A stretch of DNA of 64,000 nt from Macrostomum lignano (Eukaryota): NCBI GenBank assembly GCA_002269645.1, contig NIVC01003025.1, positions 350 to 64,349 of the forward strand. The letters are read 5' to 3'. Within the stretch, counting starts at the first letter, position 1. Every line of letters starts with the position of its first letter. The notes below the pieces were generated by a model, which was given only the letters and a program-made list of their open reading frames with translations, was not told the DNA's origin and did not search any database. Of the stretch, positions 63,519-64,000 are shown one piece after another. The translations under genes and the position numbers were made by a program.

Positions 63519-64000
63519 ATGGAACTCGCAGCCAATTCGACCCTGAACGGCAACTCAAATGCCTCGGACACCTCATCGTTGCAGAAGCTACAGCTGATTA
63601 GTGCCTTCGCTACAAAAATAGCCGGGCGTGAACAGCGTACAGTTGGTGGCCGCCCTCGCATCTCTGTGCGCCAACTCGCTCACCATCTACGCCGTCTCGA
63701 GATCCAACCTGCTGCGCGCAAAGTCCTTCTACATCCTGGTGGCGAACCTCGCCGTCGCGGACGCATTTCTGGCGATCGGCTACATCTACGTGACTATAAG
63801 CGTTGTCATGACGACCTGGTCGGCCTCGGAAACCTCCGGACAGAACGCGAATGTCTGCTAGACGTTGTTCCTCTGATGCTGGGCATCGTCGGCTCCATCA
63901 TTTTTACTGCGGCCACCTGCTTCGACGAGCATTCGCTGTGCTCGTTCCGCACCGGTACAGCCGGAAGCGGGCCGCCTACCCGTGGCCTGTGGTGCCCGTC
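63519..64000 (+). pseudogene. 7TM receptor copy B (partial, runs off the window), frameshifted as assembled
   Basis: From 63628 it is identical to 56940 onward apart from two single-base deletions; the N-terminus MELAANSTLNG is homologous but diverged. Pseudogene or sequencing indels. Confidence 0.7.

Overview
Repeat-rich invertebrate genomic DNA. GC-rich exons, AT-rich spacers and intron-filling minisatellites are most consistent with a flatworm such as Macrostomum (inference). Four co-oriented minus-strand host genes can be assembled with canonical GT-AG junctions: a CCHC zinc-knuckle gene (44419-43991), CEP19 (43195-36308), RAD17 (33878-31792) and a DxxxD/DxxxD Mn-type CDF transporter (29746-4080; 1.5 kb of CDS over 25.7 kb). 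Three plus-strand class-A-like 7TM receptor genes lie at 54-64 kb. The most striking structure is a Russian-doll insertion in CDF intron 1, with target-site duplications (TSDs) still readable on three layers. A 27-bp array is split by a CCC-ended TIR element (14456-28857, TSD TC). That element holds an RTE-like retrotransposon (16621-27343, 12-bp TSD, (GAA)n tail), whose ORF is split by a CACTG-ended EnSpm/CACTA element (16943-23549, TSD CA). The CACTA element encodes a transposase and a second ORF with a CIDE-N-like N-terminus, and itself carries a LINE 3' fragment. Decayed Helitron, hAT, non-LTR, Tc1/IS630, DIRS-like and mariner relics, several MITEs and at least eight minisatellite arrays make up much of the rest. 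All family assignments come from motif recognition by eye; no database search was run.
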